A stretch of DNA of 64,000 nucleotides. It comes from Flavobacteriales bacterium. Lineage in GTDB: Bacteria; Bacteroidota; Bacteroidia; Flavobacteriales_F; PHOS-HE28. Position 1 is the first letter of the stretch. Each line of letters begins with the position of its first letter. The translations under genes were made by a program, and so were the position numbers. The notes beneath the pieces were generated by a model, which was given only the letters and a program-made list of their open reading frames with translations, was not told the DNA's origin and made no database searches. The DNA lies in the NCBI GenBank assembly GCA_016718655.1, contig JADKCV010000018.1:19009-83008 (forward strand), in the 5' to 3' direction. Positions 10,557 to 21,300 of this stretch are shown here, in pieces.

Positions 10557-13013
10557 ATGACCCACAACCGACTCTCCTTTGCCCTTCTTGCGGCAGGCTC
10601 GTTGGCCAGCGCCACGGCCTGGTCACAAGCCCGCGTACAAGTCATCCACAACTGCGCCGATGCGGCTGCCGCTGTGGTGGACGTTTACATCAATGGTGGT
10701 GCCGAGCCAGCCATTGATGATTTCGCCTTCCGCACCGCAACTCCCTACATCGACCTGCCGGCAGGTGTGGACTTGGAGATCGGTATCGCACCGGGCACCA
10801 GCGCGGGCCCCCAGGACATCATCCCTGGCCTCACCTTCACCTACAACCTGGCTGATGGCGAGACCTACGTGCTGGTGGCCAATGGCATCGTGAGCCCAGT
10901 AGGGTACTCACCTGCCCCTGCTTTCGGCCTTGACGTGTTCGCCCCTGGACGTGAGGCTTCTGCTGTCGCCGGCAACGTGGACATCCTGGTCCTGCACGGC
11001 AGCACCGATGCCCCGACTGTTCAAGTAGCAGAGACCGCCGTGCTCGGTGGCGCCGTGGTGGTGCCTCCCTTCAGCTTCGGTGAGTTCAGCGCGGACTACC
11101 TCGAAGTACCTGCCGTGGACCTGACCTTGGAAGTGCAACTGCCCGATGGCACCCCCGTGGTAGCCTACGACGCACCGCTCGCCACCTTGGGCTTGGCCGA
11201 CGCTGCGATCGTCGCTGTGGCCTCTGGCTTCCTGGCCCCTGCCAACAATAGCAATGGTCCTGGCTTCGGTGTCTGGGTGGCCCTGCCTAGCGGCGGTCCC
11301 CTGGTACAACTTCCCTTGGCCACCGAGCCCAGCGCACGTGTGCAGATCATCCACAACAGTGCCGATGCGGCCGCTGCCGTGGTCGACATCTACATCAATG
11401 GAGGTGACGAGCCCGCTGTGAACGACTTCGCCTTCCGCACCGCAACCCCCTTCATCGACCTGCCCGCAGGTGTTGACCTGGAGATCGGTATCGCCCCTGG
11501 CACCAGCACCGGTCCTGAGGACATCATCGCTGCACTGAACACCACCGTCAACTTGGAAGATGGTGAGACCTACGTGGTCGTGGCCAACGGTATCGTGAGC
11601 CCAAGCGGATACAACCCTGCCCCTGCTTTCGGTCTGGACGTTTTCGCGCCCGGTCGTGAAGGAGCCAGCGTATCCGGCAATACGGACATCCTCGTGCTTC
11701 ACGGCAGCACTGATGCCCCTACCGTGCAAGTGGCAGAGACCGCAGTACTCGGTGGCGCCGCGGTGGTGCCCCCGTTCAGCTTCGGTGAGTTCAGCGCGGA
11801 TTATTTGGAAGTGCCTGCCGTGGACCTGACCCTTGAGGTGCAGTTGCCCGATGGTACCCCGGTGGTCGCTTACGATGCACCCCTCGCCACTTTGGGCCTG
11901 GCTGACGCAGCGCTCGTAGCCGTGGCCTCCGGCTTCTTGGCTCCTGCCAACAATAGCAACGGTCCTGCTTTCGGTATCTGGGTGGCCCTGCCAAGCGGTG
12001 GTCCCTTGGTAGAGCTGCCCTTGGCCACCGAGCCCAGCGCGCGCGTGCAGATCATCCATAACAGTGCCGATGCGGCCGCTGCAGTGGTTGACATCTACAT
12101 CAACGGTGGTGATGAACCTGCCGTGAACGACTTCGCATTCCGCACCTCCACCCCGTTCATCGACCTGCCCGCAGGTGTGGACCTGGAGATCGGTATCGCC
12201 CCTGGCACCAGCACCGGCCCCCTGGACATCATCACCGCGCTCAACACCACGGTGAACCTGGAAGATGGTGAGACCTACATCGTAGTGGCCAACGGTATCG
12301 TTAGCGCAACCGGCTACAACCCCGCTCCTGCGTTCGGCCTGGACATCTTCGCCCCCGGTCGCGAGGCTGCTGCCACAGCAGGCAACGTCGACATCCTTGT
12401 CCTGCATGGCAGCACCGATGCACCCACCGTGCAAGTGGCAGAGACCGCCGTGCTCGGTGGTGCCGTGGTGGTGCCTCCCTTCAGCTTCGGTGAATTCAGC
12501 GCCGACTACTTGGAAGTACCTGCTGTTGACCTGACCTTGGAAGTGCAATTGCCCGATGGTACCCCTGTGGTGGCCTATGATGCACCCCTCGCTGCCTTGG
12601 GCTTGGCGGATGCAGCACTCGTTGCGGTCGCTTCAGGCTTCCTTGCACCCGCGAACAATAGCAATGGTCCCGGTTTCGGTATCTGGGTTGCTTTGCCCAG
12701 CGGTGGCGCCATGTTGCCGCTCGACCTCGCTACGGGGATCGAAGAGTCCAGCTTCATCAGCAGCTTGACCGTCTTCCCGAATCCTGTGAATGACATGCTC
12801 TTCATCGACCTGAACAGCACGGAGAACGCGCAGGCTGAGATCCGGATCATGGATATGACCGGCCGCGAGGTCCGCAACCTGGCCAGCCGCAGCATCGCTG
12901 CCGGTGAGAGCCGTGTGGCAGTGGATGTGAGCGACCTGGACAATGGCAGCTACCTGGTGTCCATCCAGGGCAAGGGTACCAGCCGTTCCATTCCTGTGCA
13001 AGTGGTTCGATAA
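10557..13013 (+). CDS. DUF4397-repeat surface protein with a T9SS type-A CTD
   Basis: Signal peptide; three 235-aa repeats beginning ARVQ(V/I)IHN, each with LVLHGSTDAPTV; CTD VFPNPVND...DMTGREV...GSYLVSI. Confidence 0.8.
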   Translation: MTHNRLSFALLAAGSLASATAWSQARVQVIHNCADAAAAVVDVYINGGAEPAIDDFAFRTATPYIDLPAGVDLEIGIAPGTSAGPQDIIPGLTFTYNLADGETYVLVANGIVSPVGYSPAPAFGLDVFAPGREASAVAGNVDILVLHGSTDAPTVQVAETAVLGGAVVVPPFSFGEFSADYLEVPAVDLTLEVQLPDGTPVVAYDAPLATLGLADAAIVAVASGFLAPANNSNGPGFGVWVALPSGGPLVQLPLATEPSARVQIIHNSADAAAAVVDIYINGGDEPAVNDFAFRTATPFIDLPAGVDLEIGIAPGTSTGPEDIIAALNTTVNLEDGETYVVVANGIVSPSGYNPAPAFGLDVFAPGREGASVSGNTDILVLHGSTDAPTVQVAETAVLGGAAVVPPFSFGEFSADYLEVPAVDLTLEVQLPDGTPVVAYDAPLATLGLADAALVAVASGFLAPANNSNGPAFGIWVALPSGGPLVELPLATEPSARVQIIHNSADAAAAVVDIYINGGDEPAVNDFAFRTSTPFIDLPAGVDLEIGIAPGTSTGPLDIITALNTTVNLEDGETYIVVANGIVSATGYNPAPAFGLDIFAPGREAAATAGNVDILVLHGSTDAPTVQVAETAVLGGAVVVPPFSFGEFSADYLEVPAVDLTLEVQLPDGTPVVAYDAPLAALGLADAALVAVASGFLAPANNSNGPGFGIWVALPSGGAMLPLDLATGIEESSFISSLTVFPNPVNDMLFIDLNSTENAQAEIRIMDMTGREVRNLASRSIAAGESRVAVDVSDLDNGSYLVSIQGKGTSRSIPVQVVR
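10629..12740 (+). repeat. Intragenic tandem triplication with a 705-nt period
   Basis: Repeat units start at 10629, 11334 and 12039. The protein is near-identical between units and many nucleotide differences are synonymous. Confidence 0.95.
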
Positions 13014-13031
13014 GCCCATTCATCATCCTGT

Positions 13032-13066
13032 GAGGGGCCGCTCCTAAGGGGGCGGCCCTTCTTTTT
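13032..13066 (+). terminator. Intrinsic terminator
   Basis: GAGGGGCCGCTCC-TAAG-GGGGCGGCCCTTC stem-loop followed by TTTTT, downstream of the DUF4397 gene. Confidence 0.85.
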
Positions 13067-13149
13067 CTTCTCCTGGTGAACACTCTGTACATCATTGCGT
13101 TACACTGCATCGACCTGCTTCAAAAAGAGGTTTACTTTCGTCCGAGCAC

Positions 13150-14058
13150 ATGGGACCGTTCCTCACGCATTTTCAGATACGCGACCTGGAGGAGTTCTCC
13201 GGCGTGAAGGCCCATACCATACGGATGTGGGAGAAGCGTTACGGGTTATTGGAGCCGGAACGCAGCGACACCAACATCCGCTTCTATGGACTCGAACAGC
13301 TCAAGACGATCCTGAACGTTAGCTTCCTGAACCAGCATGGCCTGAAGATCTCAGTCATCGCAGCCATGAGCCTGGAAGAACGGGAGTTGAAGGTCCAGGA
13401 GCTTGCAGGCCAGCAAGGCACGGGCGGGGATGTGCTGAACACCTTGAAGATGGCCATGCTCGCCTTCGACGAGTTGTTGTTCATGCGCACCTCCAAGGCC
13501 TATGGCGACCGCCATGGGTTCCGAGCGTTGGTCGAAGAAGTGTACGTACCTCTGCTCGAGAACATCGGCGTGCTGTGGCAGACCAATGCCATCTGTCCAG
13601 CACAAGAGCACTTCGTGAGCAACATCATCCGCCACGAACTCATCGTGGCCACGCATGCCTTGGCACCGGCATCGGCCACCAAGCGCACCACCCACGTGCT
13701 GTACTTGCCTGCTGATGAGATCCACGAGTTGGGTCTCTTGTATCTGAACCACGTGATCCGCAACAAGGGTGAGCGGACCATCTACCTCGGCCAGAGTGTT
13801 CCCATGGAGGATCTACGTCAAGTGGCTGCACTGCATGGTGGTCCGCTGGTCTTCATCACCGTACTGATGGCCAATCCGGCCCCGGCGGATGTGCCTGCCT
13901 ACCTCCTGAAGCTGCGCGCCATGATCCCGGATGAACGGGTGAGCTTCTGGGTGACCGGGAGCCAACTGGCCCGTGTGGCGCCCATGGACGTTCCAACAGG
14001 AATGAACCTGTTCAAGAGCATGCGGGATGTCATCGCTGCCTTGGACGGCAGCAACTGA
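13150..14058 (+). CDS. MerR family regulator with a B12-binding domain (CarH/LitR-like)
   Basis: MerR HTH (TIRMWEKRYG); W-x9-EH motif (W 13576, EH 13606-13611); E-x-H-x-x-G cobalamin motif (EIHELG, 13717-13734); YLGQSVP. Confidence 0.88.
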   Translation: MGPFLTHFQIRDLEEFSGVKAHTIRMWEKRYGLLEPERSDTNIRFYGLEQLKTILNVSFLNQHGLKISVIAAMSLEERELKVQELAGQQGTGGDVLNTLKMAMLAFDELLFMRTSKAYGDRHGFRALVEEVYVPLLENIGVLWQTNAICPAQEHFVSNIIRHELIVATHALAPASATKRTTHVLYLPADEIHELGLLYLNHVIRNKGERTIYLGQSVPMEDLRQVAALHGGPLVFITVLMANPAPADVPAYLLKLRAMIPDERVSFWVTGSQLARVAPMDVPTGMNLFKSMRDVIAALDGSN

Positions 14059-14071
14059 CCTTCAAGGGCCT

Positions 14072-15479
14072 TCAGTCGGGAAACACCTTACCCGGGTTCA
14101 TGATCCCCAAAGGGTCCAGCGTGGCCTTGATCGCGCGCATCACAGCGAGCTGGGCCGGGTTGAAGGCGATATCCATGTATTCCCGTTGAACAAGGCCTAT
14201 ACCATGTTCACCGCTGAGCGTGCCCCCCAAGGAGACCGTCAATTGGAAGATCTCCCGGATGGCGTGGGTCAATTCGTGTTCCCAGTAGTGGTCCGAGAGG
14301 TCGCCTTTGATGATGTTGACGTGGAGGTTGCCATCACCCGCGTGCCCATAACACACCGACGAGAATCCATGCCGGGCACCGATCTCCTTCACCCCTTGCA
14401 ACAGTTTGGGTAGTTCGAACCGGGGGACCACGGTATCCTCTTCCTTGTAGACGCTGTGGGCCTTCACGCTCACCGGCACACTCCTGCGCAATCGCCATAG
14501 CGCATCCTTCTCTGAACTCGAAGCTCGCAAAGAGCACCTCACCTGCACCATGAGCCTCCACCACACCGAGGATGGTCTCGCACTCCTGCATGAGCACCTC
14601 CAAATGATCTCCATCCACCTCGATCAGCAGATATGCTGCGGGTCCGGTGGAAAGCTGCGTGGGAAGTCCATCGGTGAAGCGCATGGTCCAACCGATCGCG
14701 TCACGTTCCATGAATTCCATGGCACTTGGGGTGATCCCTGCCCGGAAGACCGCGCTTACCGCCTCACAGGCCTTGACCGCATCCGGGAAGGGCACCAGCA
14801 TCAACTGGGTGTGCTTGGGCAATGGTACGAGTTTGAGCACCGCGCGAGTGATGATGCCCAATGTCCCCTCACTACCCACCATCAGTCTCGTGAGATCATA
14901 GCCCGTGGCATTCTTCAGCGTATTGGCGCCGGTCCAGATCACCTCGCCATTGGGGAGCACGACTTCCAGGTTCAGGACGAAGTCGCGGGTGACCCCGTAC
15001 TTGACCGCGCGTGGCCCTCCTGCGTTCTCGGCAAGGTTCCCGCCAATGGTGCAACTGCCCTTGCTGGACGGATCGGGAGCGTAGTAGAGGCCTTTGGCTG
15101 CGACGGCGTCCTGTAGTACCTGTGTGATCACTCCGGGTTCCACTGTGACCTGCAGGTTCCGCTCATCGATGTCCAGTATCCGATCCATACGGTCCAATGC
15201 AAGCCCCACGCCACCGTGCACGGCAAGGGCACCGCCACTCAACCCCGTACGACCACCGATCGGCGTGATCGGGATGTGATGTGCGGCGCATAAGCGTACC
15301 ACGGCACTCACCTCGGCGGTATTCCGCGGTCTTACCACCACCTCCGGTGGGTGGTTCAGGTCCTCCGTCTCATCGTGGCCATATGCCGATCGCTGTTCCG
15401 TTGATGTCCAAACATCACCCGTGGGCACGGCATCCTTGAGTGCGGCTATGAATGCGCCGTCCACCTGCATTGCGATCAT
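14072..15479 (-). CDS. FAD-binding oxidoreductase (GlcD / D-2-hydroxyacid dehydrogenase-like); +1 frameshift at ~14521
   Basis: GGRTGLSGG, YAPDPSS, TIGGNLAENAGG, GSEGTLGII in the N-terminal ORF; GHAGDGNLH and SGEHGIG in the C-terminal ORF (14072-14614). Deleting one T joins GEVLFAS to SSEKDALW. Confidence 0.9.
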
Positions 15480-15483
15480 GACG

Positions 15484-15491
15484 CAAATGTA
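15484..15491 (-). promoter_or_regulatory. -7 box TACATTTG, 12 nt before ATG 15479
   Basis: Exact TAnnTTTG match on the minus strand. Confidence 0.6.
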
Positions 15492-15623
15492 CTTGTGCGC
15501 CTTGCCCAGGCAGGCGCGGCCACAAGAACCGATTTGGAGTTGACCCCGGCCCGGTGTAACTTCCCCCTATCCCACCCGGATGTCAGGTCTGGTAGAGCAG
15601 GAAGTGGTGGTCCCAAAGCCCCG

Positions 15624-17504
15624 ATGACCATGATACGACCGATCCTTTCCGTAGTGATGATGAGTTCCTTCGCCCTGAGCACAGTGGCGCAGAATGTGGC
15701 GATCAACGCGGATGGGGCCGCCCCTGCCGCATCCGCCTTGTTGGATATCGATGCTGGTGCACTGCCAGCCAATAACAAACGGGGGCTTCTGGTTCCCCGG
15801 CTTGCGCTTACCGCAGCCAACGTGGCCCTGCCGGTGGTAGCACCTGCCACATCATTGCTCATCTACAATACCGCCTCGGCAGGTGCTGGCGTGAATGCCG
15901 TTACACCTGGGTATTACCAATGGGACGGTGCACTATGGGTCCGCTTTGCGATGAGCACCGATGGCTGGAGTACCACCGGGAACGCCGGGACCGTTGCTGG
16001 CACCAACTTCATCGGCACTACCGATGCCCAGGATTGGGTGATCAAGACCGGTGGAAGCACAGCCGCGAACGAGCGTATGCGCGTGCTCTCTGCTGGCAAG
16101 GTGGTCGTGAACAACGTAGGGGTCGGCCCGTTCACCAACGATGTGTTCAGCGTCTATGCCACGGGAACCACCAACGGCACCACCACCAACACCGGTGCAC
16201 TTGGTACCCGCGCCATCAACGGCTACACGAGCACCGGTTACGGTGTTCAAGGAAGCACTTCGGGGACCACGGCAACGACGTTCGGTCTTTACGGTGCCCA
16301 GACGAGTGCAACGGGTGCGGTGAACGCCATACGTGGCGAGGCAACATCGGTGAACGGATTGGCCATCATAGGGATCAGTAACACCAGCGCAGGTGCGGTC
16401 CCCACTGCGACCAATGCGCGAGCGGTCATCGGCCAGGTGAATGGCACATTGGCCGGCACTGCGTTGGGTATCGGTGTACAAGGGCTCTTCGCCGCCACGG
16501 TCACCACAGGCGATGCCCGGGGCGTTCAAGGTGCATCACCATCGGACAATGGGATCGGTGTGGCGGGCTTTGCGACGAATACCTTGACCACGGGCTTTCC
16601 GGTGGGCGTATATGGGCAAGCTGCCAGCGGGACCGCGTTCGGGGTTGAAGGTGTGAACACCGCAGCGCAAGGCACCGGGCTCATAGCCACTGGCAACAAC
16701 ATCGCTGGCACCTACTTGGTGAACGGTAGTGGCGCAGCGTTCCGAGGCACTGGTACCGGCTTGGTGAGTTATGCGGCCACCGTGGCATCCGGGACCGGGG
16801 TCATCGGTGCGGGCAACGGGGCAGGTGCGAACACCTTGCTGGTAGGGTCAGGGGTGGCCGGATCGGGAGTGAATTTCGGGGTCTATGGTATCGCGTCGAG
16901 CAACGCGAACGGAACGGCCGGCGCACCGGTAAGGGCCGGTGGTTATTTCACCAGCGGGGCCGCTGCCCAAGCGTTCACCTACGTGGCCTGTTACGAGGGA
17001 GCGGGTGTACCTCGGAAGGTGATGGGGAACGGAACGGTGAACACCGTGGTGCAGGACGCGGCCGGGGACCACGTGCTCTTGAGCGCCCCTGAGGCTCCGG
17101 AGAACCTGTTCCAGGACTTCGGCTCCGCACGATTGGTGAATGGAAGGGCCCATATCGCCTTGGATCCCATATTGACCCGCAACATCCTGGTGAACGACCA
17201 ACATCCCCTACGGGTGTTCGTGCAGGTGCGCGGTGAATGCAATGGCGTGTACGTGACCCATGAGACATCAGCAGGTTTCGATGTGATCGAACTGGGTGGT
17301 GGCACTTCGAACACAGCGTTCCATTGGTCAGTCACCGCCAACAGGGCCAACGTGGTCCATCCGGATGGCACCACGTGGTCATTCGCAGAAGAGCGCTTCG
17401 CTCCCACCATCGGCCCCCAACCCGCACAGGAGTTGGAGTCGAAGGATCTCCCCAAGGACCATCCACGACGCTCCACAGAAGCTGGACCAGTGCTTGATCG
17501 ATGA
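15624..17504 (+). CDS. Secreted Gly/Ala/Thr-rich, tail-fibre/adhesin-like protein
   Basis: Signal peptide then QNVAINADGAAPAASALLDI...GLLVPRLAL; long region of G(V/L)xG repeats; C-terminal domain APEAPENLFQDFGSARLVNGRAHI...FDVIELGGGTSN. Confidence 0.65.
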   Translation: MTMIRPILSVVMMSSFALSTVAQNVAINADGAAPAASALLDIDAGALPANNKRGLLVPRLALTAANVALPVVAPATSLLIYNTASAGAGVNAVTPGYYQWDGALWVRFAMSTDGWSTTGNAGTVAGTNFIGTTDAQDWVIKTGGSTAANERMRVLSAGKVVVNNVGVGPFTNDVFSVYATGTTNGTTTNTGALGTRAINGYTSTGYGVQGSTSGTTATTFGLYGAQTSATGAVNAIRGEATSVNGLAIIGISNTSAGAVPTATNARAVIGQVNGTLAGTALGIGVQGLFAATVTTGDARGVQGASPSDNGIGVAGFATNTLTTGFPVGVYGQAASGTAFGVEGVNTAAQGTGLIATGNNIAGTYLVNGSGAAFRGTGTGLVSYAATVASGTGVIGAGNGAGANTLLVGSGVAGSGVNFGVYGIASSNANGTAGAPVRAGGYFTSGAAAQAFTYVACYEGAGVPRKVMGNGTVNTVVQDAAGDHVLLSAPEAPENLFQDFGSARLVNGRAHIALDPILTRNILVNDQHPLRVFVQVRGECNGVYVTHETSAGFDVIELGGGTSNTAFHWSVTANRANVVHPDGTTWSFAEERFAPTIGPQPAQELESKDLPKDHPRRSTEAGPVLDR

Positions 17505-17550
17505 TGGTGACGGAACGCACTTCGACATCGGCACTTGATCTCCGCGGAGT

Positions 17551-18378
17551 ATGACCACGGAGGAAGGGCACGGGCACACGCTTCGCTACCGCGTTCATCG
17601 CGTCATCTTCAGTTCTGACACGCCTGCCGGTCGACGCTTCGATGTGGTACTCCTGTGGCTCATCCTACTGAGCGTGGCGTTGGTCCTGTTGGAGAGCGTG
17701 GAGGAAGTGGAGGCCGAATGGGGTGTCTGGCTGCGTGGCGCCGAATGGGTCATCACGTGCTTGTTCAGCGTGGAATACCTCGTCCGGATCTGGTGTTCCC
17801 CACAGCCCATGCGCTATATCGCCGGATTCTATGGCATCATCGATCTACTGGCCATCCTGCCCAGCTTCCTGAACCTGCTGGTGCCCGGTCTGGGATCATT
17901 GGCGGTGGTCCGAGCACTTCGGTTGACCCGCGTGTTCCGAATACTCAACCTGTTCAACTATGTCCGGGAGGCACGCCTGTTGCTCTTGGCGTTGTTGGCC
18001 AGCCGTCATCGGATCATCGTGTTCATGCTGGCGGTCCTTGCACTGGTCACGGTATTCGGTGCCATCATGTTCGTGGTGGAATCCCCCGAGGCCGGGTTCA
18101 CGAGCATCCCACGGAGCATCTATTGGGCCATCGTCACGCTCACCACGGTCGGCTATGGGGATATCGCACCGGTGACCACGCTAGGTCAGGCCATCGCTTC
18201 GGCCATCATGATCCTTGGCTACGCCATCATCGCCATTCCCACGGGTATCGTGAGTGTGGAGGTGGCTCGCAGATCAAGGAAGAGCACCGAGCAGGTATGC
18301 GAACGATGCGGGCAGCCGGACCATTTGGCCGATGCCCGGTTCTGCCACCAATGCGGCAACAAGCTCGACTTGAAGTGA
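17551..18378 (+). CDS. Voltage-gated-type potassium channel (ion transporter) with a C-terminal zinc ribbon
   Basis: Selectivity filter TTVGYGD; S4-like RALRLTRVFR; CERC...CHQC. Confidence 0.92.
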   Translation: MTTEEGHGHTLRYRVHRVIFSSDTPAGRRFDVVLLWLILLSVALVLLESVEEVEAEWGVWLRGAEWVITCLFSVEYLVRIWCSPQPMRYIAGFYGIIDLLAILPSFLNLLVPGLGSLAVVRALRLTRVFRILNLFNYVREARLLLLALLASRHRIIVFMLAVLALVTVFGAIMFVVESPEAGFTSIPRSIYWAIVTLTTVGYGDIAPVTTLGQAIASAIMILGYAIIAIPTGIVSVEVARRSRKSTEQVCERCGQPDHLADARFCHQCGNKLDLK

Positions 18379-18388
18379 TCGGTACCGT

Positions 18389-21300
18389 TCAGTCGATCAG
18401 CGACACGTGACCCACGAAATCGCGGGCATCGCCATCGCGCTCCAGCAACACCTTCCAGACATAGGTGTCGATCACCGGCTCACGCCCGTTCACACGGCCA
18501 TCCCAACCTGCGTCCCGGTCGTTGCTTTGGAACACGACCTTCCCCCAGCGATCGAAAACGAGCAAGGTGAAATTCCAACCGACGAATCCGTTCAGTACGG
18601 GCAGGAAGTCATCGTTGCGCCCATCCGTGTTCGGCGTGAAGGCGTTGGGTGCGAAGATCAGCGGGTCGGCTGCCACACCTACGAAGGTCCGTACGGTATC
18701 CGGGCACCCGAAGGCATTGATCGCGATCAGTGTCACCGCATAGGTCCCACCATCGGCCGGGAACACGTGAATGGGGTCCGCCTCCATGTCCGTGGTACCA
18801 TCATTGAAGTCCCATACATAGCTCACAGCACCGGTGCTGAGGTTGCTGAACCGGACCGCATTCAGAACACTCACTAGCGTATCCGAAGTGAAGGCTGCCA
18901 CAGGCGTGGGGTTCACCACCACACCATCGATCAGTACGAGCGTATCGGAACAGGTGGTCGAAGCATTCGCGATGAGCGACACGGTATAGTCACCCGGCTG
19001 ATCATAGACGTGGAGGGGAGCAGGCACGGTGCTTTGTTCACCATCACCGAAGTTCCATCGGTAGGAATCAGCATTCACCGATAGATTGGCGAACGCGATG
19101 GGATAGCCCACACAGCCCGGTATCGGGTCCGCGGTGAACACGGCCACCGGTGTAGGATGTACCGTGAACGCCTCGAAGTGCTGATCCTCGCACCCATACT
19201 GGTTGGTCGCGGTCAGACCGATGACATACGTACCCACGGCATCGTAGGTGATGGAGGGCTGGTTCAGGATGGAGGTGGTGCCTTCCCCGAAACTCCAGGT
19301 ATACGACACCGCACCCGTGGTTGTGTTGCTGGTCTGAATGGTCACCGGGACGTAACAACTCTCTTCTTGGCTGAGACTGAACGCACTGGTGGGCAGTGGA
19401 TGAGCAACAACGGGTATGGACAGGGTATCCGTGCATCCGTTGAGGTTCTCCGCGACCAGCGTTACCACGTACGTACCTGCATCGGTGTACGTATGGACCG
19501 GTGCGAAGGCCCCGGAGGTGTTCCCATCGCCCAGGTCCCATTGGTGGAACTGCGCATTGGTACTGTTGTTCTGGAACTGCACCTCCAACGCGATGCAACC
19601 GTTATCCGGGTCGGCAGTGAATGCTGCCACCGGCGTTGCGTTCACCACCACTTGCATGCTTTCAGAGGCTGGACAACCGCTCAGCGCATCGGTGGCAGTA
19701 AGTACGACGGTGTATGATCCGCTGGAGCCATAGGCATGTACGGGGGCGCTCAAGGTGGAGGAAGCGCCATCGCCGAAGGCCCATAGCAGTCCGTTGGTAC
19801 CCGATGTTGTATTGGCGAAGGCGATCTCCTCACCGGCACATACCTCAAGCGGCGCTGCGGTGAACGACACTTCCGGATAGGGCAACACCGTGATCTCTGT
19901 CGTGTAGGTGTCGAACCCACATCCGAACGCACTGAGTGTGATGGAATACGTGCCCGCATCCACAAAGGTGTGGCTCAGGTCTTCTGCGATGCTGCCATTC
20001 CCGTCACCCAGATCCCAATAGAGTGCGGTATCGCCTGCGCTGAAGTTGGTCAGATCGACCGTGAGTGGTCCACAGCCCACGACCGGATCGGTATTGAAGA
20101 AGGCTGTGACCTCGTTGGGAACGACCCCGATCACTTGCTGGGCCGTATCGCTTCCACAACTGTTCGTCGCGATGAGTGTAACGGTGAAGAAGGTGGTCAC
20201 CGGTTCGTCCACCGCATAGACATGGATGACCGCTGGATCACTGGAAGTGGAGGTGGTACCATCACCGAAGTCCCATTGGAAGCCATCGGGCAATCCATAA
20301 CTCGCATTTCCGAAGGGAACGTCCGCGTACGCACAATGGAGGTTGACGTTGGGCCCGAACGACGCTGTTGGTGCGGGAAGTACGGTGACAGGCACCACCT
20401 CGGTGTCCGACCCACAGGTGTTGGTCACGGTCAAGCTCACCGGGTAGACGACCGCATCCATGGGGTCCACTGGGAAAATGAATGGAGCAGGGATGGTATC
20501 CAATGAAGCACCCAGCCCACCCATATCCCAGGCATAGGTCAGTCCATCGCCCACCGAGGCTTGTCCGAAGGTCACCTCCAAGGGCCCGCAACCGACCTCC
20601 ACATCGAGCACCGCATCTGCCACGGGAACATCGTGTACGGCGATGGTCGAATAGATGGTATCGGTACAACCCGCACCGGTACCCACCACCAAACGCACGG
20701 TGAACGTTCCGGTGTTCAAGTAACTATGCACGGCATCTGAAGTGTTCAGGGTCGTGCCATCGCCGAGGTCCCATTCCGACGATGAAGCTCCGGAACTCGT
20801 ATTCGTGAAGGACATCGGCACGCCTGAACAGGCCACAGGTCCATGGGTGAACGAGGCAACCGGTACCATATTCACCGAAGCGGTGACACCGGCGCTATTG
20901 GCACATCCGGTGATCGGGTCCGTGTAGGCATAGGAGATGTTGTGCACACCAAGTCCGGCCACGAGGGGATCGAAGCTGTCCGTGACCGCATCCACTCCAA
21001 CACCGCTCCAGATCCCTCCAGCAGGAGTGGCGCTTAGTGGCTGCATCCCGCCATCCAGACATACATCAAGATCACCTCCGGTGGTGATCGAAGGGAGAGC
21101 CTCCACCGCTATGGTCACTTGATCGATGAGCAGGCATGTACCACTTCCTACTGAATAGGTGACCGTGTAGGTACCTGGCAAGGAGGTGTCGAACGTGCCA
21201 TCCAAAGCCACCTGTGCTCCCGTCCACGTCCCTCCGACAGGAGTTCCTGTCAAAGCGACGTCACCGCTATTCACACACACCGAAGTATCGTTCCCAGCGA

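Noticed and set aside
10908-12548. Long antisense ORFs (also 1843-2988, 5340-6443, 51391-52539, 18407-24526 fragments)
   Set aside because: These are shadow frames of GC3-rich genes. They have no family motifs and fully overlap well-supported CDS.
10629-12740. CRISPR array or mobile repeat
   Set aside because: The 705-nt units are in-frame protein domains. I saw no short repeat-spacer array or cas gene anywhere in the window.
15624-17504. Prophage remnant
   Set aside because: It has a Sec signal peptide and no integrase, capsid, terminase or other phage genes nearby.
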